64,000 nucleotides of DNA from a virus (taxonomy: Duplodnaviria; Heunggongvirae; Uroviricota; Caudoviricetes): IMG/VR virus record IMGVR_UViG_3300033463_000003; one strand, written 5' to 3'. The notes beneath the pieces were generated by a model that saw only the letters and a list, made by a program, of their open reading frames with translations, did no database searches and was not told the DNA's origin. Shown here piece by piece: positions 60,718 through 64,000 of the stretch (the first letter of the stretch is position 1; each line of letters begins with the position of its first letter). The position numbers and the translations under genes are program-made.

Positions 60718-60786
60718 CTTCTAAACCTCTTATTCTTAAACAAATAAGCCGTGAGTGTTAATGAGCATTCACGGTTTTTATTTTTT

Positions 60787-60862
60787 GGGGGTGTAGCTCA
60801 ATTGGGAGAGCATCTGATTTGCATTCAGAGGGTTGGGAGATCGTGCCTCCTCACTTCCACCA
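60787..60862 (+). tRNA. tRNA-Ala(TGC)
   Basis: Cloverleaf, G3.U70, CCA; atypical T-loop ATCGTGC. Confidence 0.85.
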
Positions 60863-60866
60863 TTAT

Positions 60867-60941
60867 GGGCCGATAGTTTAATTGGGAAAACACCCGCCCT
60901 GCAAGCGGGAGTTACGGGTTCAATTCCCGCCGTGTCCACCA
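60867..60941 (+). tRNA. tRNA-Ala(TGC), imperfect acceptor stem
   Basis: CCCGC-CC-TGC-AA-GCGGG, CCA. Confidence 0.75.
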
Positions 60942-60946
60942 TTAAT

Positions 60947-61021
60947 GCCCCTGTAGTATAATGGCTATTACAGTTGTCTTGTAAACATCAGAAGGCCGTT
61001 CGATTCGACCCTGGGGCACCA
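60947..61021 (+). tRNA. tRNA-Thr(TGT)
   Basis: Cloverleaf, CT-TGT-AA loop, CCA. Confidence 0.85.
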
Positions 61022-61026
61022 TATAT

Positions 61027-61103
61027 CCGGGATTGGCTCAGTTTGGTAGAGCACTTGATTTGGGATCAAGGGGTCAAAAGTTCAAATCTTTTATCTCGGG
61101 CCA
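61027..61103 (+). tRNA. tRNA-Pro(TGG)
   Basis: CTTGA-TT-TGG-GA-TCAAG, CCA. Confidence 0.85.
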
Positions 61104-61108
61104 TAAAT

Positions 61109-61184
61109 GGGGCCATAGCTCAATTGGGAGAGCGCCACATTAGCATTGTGGAGGTTGCGAGATCGTCCCTCGTTGGTTCCACCA
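61109..61184 (+). tRNA. tRNA-Ala(AGC)
   Basis: CCACA-TT-AGC-AT-TGTGG, G3.U70, CCA; T-loop ATCGTCC. Confidence 0.85.
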
Positions 61185-61189
61185 TTATA

Positions 61190-61307
61190 GAACCTGTGCT
61201 TATTTCTAATAGGGCAAGCAGGTTGTCGCTGGTTCGAATCCAGCCTTCCCAACCATTATCGGGAAGTAGCTCAGTTGGCAGAGCACCCGCAAAATATTAG
61301 CCAGGTC
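61190..61307 (+). ncRNA. Carrier element copy B enclosing a circularly permuted tRNA (anticodon degenerate, possibly GGC)
   Basis: 3' half (T-arm, CTTCCCA-ACCA, ending 61255) precedes 5' half (CGGGAAG, D-arm, CCCGC; 61260-61290); closing stem ACCTG/CAGGT. Confidence 0.8.
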
Positions 61308-61312
61308 AAATT

Positions 61313-61388
61313 GCACTCTTAGCTCAGCTGGGAGAGCGACTGCTCGACGTGCAGTAGGTCATAGGTCCGAGCCCTATAGAGTGCACCA
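61313..61388 (+). tRNA. tRNA-Val(GAC) with C33
   Basis: ACTGC-TC-GAC-GT-GCAGT, CCA. Confidence 0.75.
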
Positions 61389-61559
61389 TTAAATTCATAG
61401 AAGGAGAAAAAGATTATGATGAATTTAACCAAAAAGATTAAAAATATAAGAAAAACCAAAAGAATTGGTTTCTTTCATCATGGCTTAATTAGTTAGTAAA
61501 AAACTTAAATTAATAGTTTATGCTGGGTAGTTAAGTCTGCTCAGCATTTTTATTAAATT

Positions 61560-61636
61560 GCCCCCATAACTCAACTGGATAGAGTAACGGTCTTCTAAAC
61601 CGTAAGTTGAAGGTCCGAGTCCTTCTGGGGGCGCCA
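61560..61636 (+). tRNA. tRNA-Arg(TCT)
   Basis: ACGGT-CT-TCT-AA-ACCGT, CCA. Confidence 0.9.
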
Positions 61637-61639
61637 TTA

Positions 61640-61697
61640 GAGCCTATACTTATTTCTAGCTTCAAGCAAACAACTTTTAATTGTTCATAGTTAGGCC
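61640..61697 (+). ncRNA. Carrier element copy C (two mini-hairpins as cargo)
   Basis: GAGCCTATACTTATTTCTA...ATAGTTAGGCC, spaced between two tRNAs. Confidence 0.7.
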
Positions 61698-61701
61698 ATA
61701 T

Positions 61702-61779
61702 GGGTCCATAACTCAGTTGGATTAGAGTACGAAACTTTTAATTTCGGAGTCGAGAGTTCGAGTCTCTCTGGACCCACCA
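61702..61779 (+). tRNA. tRNA-Lys(TTT)
   Basis: CGAAA-CT-TTT-AA-TTTCG, CCA. Confidence 0.88.
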
Positions 61780-61783
61780 ATAT

Positions 61784-61861
61784 GCACCCTTAGCTCAGTT
61801 GGCTAGCAGCACTACACTTTTAATGTAGGGGTCCTGGGTTCGAGTCCCAGAGGGTGCACCA
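61784..61861 (+). tRNA. tRNA-Lys(TTT)
   Basis: CTACA-CT-TTT-AA-TGTAG, CCA. Confidence 0.88.
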
Positions 61862-61864
61862 TAT

Positions 61865-61941
61865 ACCTCCTTAACTCAACTGGTTAGAGTACTTGCCTCT
61901 TAAGCATGGAGTTCTGGGTTCGAGTCCCAGAGGAGGTACCA
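61865..61941 (+). tRNA. tRNA-Lys(CTT)
   Basis: CT-CTT-AA loop, CCA. Confidence 0.88.
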
Positions 61942-61971
61942 TTAAAATAAATATATTGTATAATATATTAT

Positions 61972-62047
61972 GCCGGCTTAGCTCAGCTGTTAGAGCAACG
62001 CACTAGTAATGCGTAGGTCGGGGGTTAGAGTCCCTCAGCCGGCACCA
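61972..62047 (+). tRNA. tRNA-Thr(AGT)
   Basis: ACGCA-CT-AGT-AA-TGCGT, CCA. Confidence 0.85.
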
Positions 62048-62050
62048 TCA

Positions 62051-62158
62051 GAGCCCATGCTTATTTCTTTCGGCTTCTAACCGGGTGGTCGTTGGTTCGA
62101 ATCCAACCGTTCCAGTTGGAACGTAGCTCAGTGGGAGAGCACCTTATTTAGCTGGGCC
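62051..62158 (+). ncRNA. Carrier element copy D enclosing circularly permuted tRNA-Arg(TCT)
   Basis: 62071-62115 = positions 29-73; 62117-62143 = positions 1-28; rejoined CC|CGG-CT-TCT-AA-CCGGG; acceptor TGGAACG/CGTTCCA perfect; no CCA; closing stem GCCCA/TGGGC. Confidence 0.88.
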
Positions 62159-62211
62159 AAAACTAAAAAACTATATTATTTTAAGATTTTTCAATGTATA
62201 ATATAGTGCAT

Positions 62212-62286
62212 CCTCCTGTAGCTCAACAGTTAGAGCGGGCGCCTTATAAGCGTCATACCTTGGTGCGACTCCAGGCAGGAGGACCA
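62212..62286 (+). tRNA. tRNA-Ile(TAT)
   Basis: GGCGC-CT-TAT-AA-GCGTC, CCTCCTG/CAGGAGG, CCA. Confidence 0.8.
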
Positions 62287-62524
62287 ATAATAAAAAATAT
62301 ATGCTAAATTAAAATGCGAGGAGAGAACAAAATGATGATTAGAAGAAGTTATCAATTGAGCCAATTATCAGGTTTATGTGGTCATAACCAATTTTTGTTT
62401 TACTCCAATCGCGATTAAATAGAATAAGCTTAAAGTATAATATATAATTTAATGAGCAGCGATTGGAAAAATTGTTGCTCATTTTATTTACAAAGCAAAA
62501 ATTCTATGGTATAATATTAAATAC

Positions 62525-62599
62525 AGGGAAGTAGCCAAGTGGTAAGGCATGAGACTTTGACTCTCACATTCGAAGGTTCGACCCCTTCCTTCCCTGCCA
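62525..62599 (+). tRNA. tRNA-Gln(TTG)
   Basis: TGAGA-CT-TTG-AC-TCTCA, CCA. Confidence 0.88.
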
Positions 62600-62601
62600 A
62601 T

Positions 62602-62686
62602 GCTCTGGTGGTGGAACTGGCATACACATGGCACTTAAAATGCCACGCCGTAAGGATTGAGAGTTCAAATCTCTCCCGGAGCACCA
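62602..62686 (+). tRNA. tRNA-Leu(TAA)
   Basis: TGGCA-CT-TAA-AA-TGCCA, long variable arm, CCA. Confidence 0.9.
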
Positions 62687-62690
62687 TTAT

Positions 62691-62767
62691 GCTCCTCTAG
62701 CCCAACTGGCAGAGGCAATAAGCTCAAAACTTATTCAGTCTGAGTTCGAATCTCAGGGGGAGTACCA
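62691..62767 (+). tRNA. tRNA-Leu(CAA) with short variable loop
   Basis: ATAAG-CT-CAA-AA-CTTAT, CCA. Confidence 0.8.
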
Positions 62768-62770
62768 TAA

Positions 62771-62891
62771 GAGCCTATGCTTATTTCTTAAGGACTGAAA
62801 ATCCGCGTGTAGGTGGTTCAACTCCATCCCTTCCCGCCAAATATTTGGGAAGTGTAGCTCACCGGTAGAGCAGCGAACTATTAGCTAGGCC
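62771..62891 (+). ncRNA. Carrier element copy E enclosing circularly permuted tRNA-Phe(GAA)
   Basis: 62792-62839 = positions 29 to CCA; 62847-62874 = positions 1-28; rejoined GC|GGA-CT-GAA-AA-TCCGC; closing stem GCCTA/TAGGC. Confidence 0.85.
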
Positions 62892-63191
62892 AAAAAATAA
62901 AAAATTTCAGAAATATATTTACAATTAATTAAAAATGTTGTATAATATATGTGAGCGTTAAAAATATACGCTAAATTATAATGGCGCAAAGCTAGGAAGG
63001 AAAAGATTATGCAAAAACTATCTATCATGTCCCTTAATCGTGAACATAGTGATTCAGTATATTTCGGTTGCTGGAATATTTTTGCTACCATCGGATCATC
63101 TAGTTTTGAGCAGGTTAATGAATAAATAAATTAAAAACATTAACAAAAAATGAAATTAGGTGGTCTGAATAAGATCACCTTTTATTTTACT

Positions 63192-63277
63192 GGGTAGGTG
63201 GTAGAGTGGTCAATTACACCTGACTGTAAATCAGGCGCCACAGGCTTACGGTGGTTCGAATCCATCCCTGCCCACCA
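63192..63277 (+). tRNA. tRNA-Tyr(GTA)
   Basis: CCTGA-CT-GTA-AA-TCAGG, long variable arm, CCA. Confidence 0.9.
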
Positions 63278-63282
63278 GATAT

Positions 63283-63358
63283 GTGGACGTGAATCTGACG
63301 GTTTAGATGCTAGTCTGTGAAACTAGATTACTGAGTTCAACTCTCAGACATCCACCCA
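63283..63358 (+). tRNA. tRNA-His(GTG)
   Basis: CTAGT-CT-GTG-AA-ACTAG; G-1:C73; CCA. Confidence 0.85.
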
Positions 63359-63362
63359 AAAT

Positions 63363-63452
63363 GGTCTATTAGCTCAGTCTGGTAGAGCGGCCGACCAAAG
63401 TGTCGGTGACAAACAGCGCGCGAGTGCATTGGTTCAAATCCAATATAGACCA
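63363..63452 (+). tRNA. Atypical tRNA-like RNA (6-nt anticodon loop, 20-nt extra region, no CCA)
   Basis: Perfect acceptor GGTCTAT/ATAGACC, D- and T-arms; GCCGAC-CAAAGT-GTCGGT arm plus GCGC-GCGA-GTGC hairpin. Confidence 0.6.
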
Positions 63453-63460
63453 TCGTATAT

Positions 63461-63535
63461 GCTCCCATAGACAAGCGGTTAAGTCATGCGCCTTTCACGC
63501 GTATATCGCCGGTTCGAATCCGACTGGGAGTACCA
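63461..63535 (+). tRNA. tRNA-Glu(TTC)
   Basis: CT-TTC-AC loop, CCA. Confidence 0.88.
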
Positions 63536-63539
63536 AAAT

Positions 63540-63616
63540 GGGTCATTAGCTCAGCTGGTGGTAGCGACTGACTGTTAATCAGTAGGCCGAAGGTTCAAGT
63601 CCTTCATGACCCGCCA
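63540..63616 (+). tRNA. tRNA-Asn(GTT)
   Basis: ACTGA-CT-GTT-AA-TCAGT, CCA. Confidence 0.9.
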
Positions 63617-63620
63617 ATTT

Positions 63621-63694
63621 CCAGGCATAACTCAATGGTAGAGTGCACGACTGATAATCGTGATATCTTAGTTCAATTCTAGGTGCCTGGACCA
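63621..63694 (+). tRNA. tRNA-Ile(GAT)
   Basis: CACGA-CT-GAT-AA-TCGTG, CCA. Confidence 0.88.
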
Positions 63695-63697
63695 TAT

Positions 63698-63771
63698 AGG
63701 AGTTTGGTATATTGGCCGTGCCTTGGTCTCCAAAACCAATGAAGTGAGTTCGATTCTTACAACTCCTGCCA
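63698..63771 (+). tRNA. tRNA-Trp(CCA)
   Basis: TTGGT-CT-CCA-AA-ACCAA, G73, CCA. Confidence 0.88.
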
Positions 63772-63773
63772 AT

Positions 63774-63852
63774 GGCCCTGTAGCTCAGCCGTGGTGAGAG
63801 CACTGGTCTGAAAAACCAGGTGTCGGCGGTTCGACTCCGCCTGGGGCCACCA
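63774..63852 (+). tRNA. tRNA-Phe(GAA)
   Basis: CTGGT-CT-GAA-AA-ACCAG, CCA. Confidence 0.9.
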
Positions 63853-63902
63853 AATAGTTAATTTATTATAGATTAACTGTATAATATTATGTATTGCAAC
63901 AT

Positions 63903-63979
63903 TGCGGGGAAGTGTAACGGTTTGCATCTGAGGCTCATAACCTCAGGGTAGTGAGGTTCAACTCCCACCCCCGCGACCA
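63903..63979 (+). tRNA. tRNA-Met(CAT)
   Basis: TGAGG-CT-CAT-AA-CCTCA, CCA. Confidence 0.85.
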
Positions 63980-64000
63980 GGACCGTTGGTGTAGCGGTTT
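63980..64000 (+). tRNA. 5' fragment of a further tRNA, truncated by window end
   Basis: GGACCGT-TG-GTGTAGCGGTTT resembles an acceptor/D-arm start. Confidence 0.5.

Noticed and set aside
60974-61300. 108-aa plus-strand ORF, and the 63579..63803 minus ORF
   Set aside because: They run through tRNA genes and have no RBS; spurious.
61260-62115. tRNA halves as exons of long introns or trans-spliced pairs between different copies
   Set aside because: Acceptor and anticodon stems pair best within each copy (e.g. TGGAACG/CGTTCCA in copy D), which supports permutation within a copy.
61190-62891. Carrier elements as theta/HDV-like ribozymes or canonical YrlA RNAs
   Set aside because: Although they follow tRNA 3' ends, I cannot fold the nested HDV double pseudoknot (the P1 3' strand is terminal). 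The YrlA GNCGAA-type motif and a Ro60 gene are not visible. Not excluded without covariance-model searches.
1-64000. Assigning the host as a code-4 Mycoplasma
   Set aside because: The near absence of TGA from early genes argues against a host that reads UGA as Trp constitutively; host identity cannot be settled from this window.

Overview
A 64-kb, AT-rich segment of a large tailed-phage genome, almost all on the + strand. The host is probably a low-GC Bacillota/Mollicutes-like gut or rumen bacterium (inferred from composition and gene style, not proven). The phage uses genetic code 4 (TGA=Trp). I found 20 in-frame TGA codons in 12 genes, several aligning to conserved Trp (one against an in-window paralogue), and none of the genes I checked ends in TGA. 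Gene content: nucleotide and one-carbon metabolism (thyA, folA, fhs, folD, dut, metK, def), a bacterial-style replisome (family-A polymerase, beta clamp, clamp loader, DnaB, DnaC-like loader, primase, SSB, RecA, RecU), a CCA-adding enzyme, structural/adhesin genes, and a tRNA cluster of about 25 genes. The RNA layer is the most striking part. (1) A six-copy, covarying small-RNA 'carrier' element, three copies of which enclose circularly permuted tRNAs. (2) The UGA-reading tRNA(UCA) is split by a group I intron, carries a second CCA anticodon-like arm and sits next to a TGA-containing HNH endonuclease. (3) A GEMM-I riboswitch with the A20 (c-AMP-GMP-type) variant precedes an operon of SipW-type-signal surface proteins. 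(4) TGA codons are concentrated behind a phage-specific GCTAAATT promoter motif. All family assignments come from motif recognition by eye; no database searches were run.
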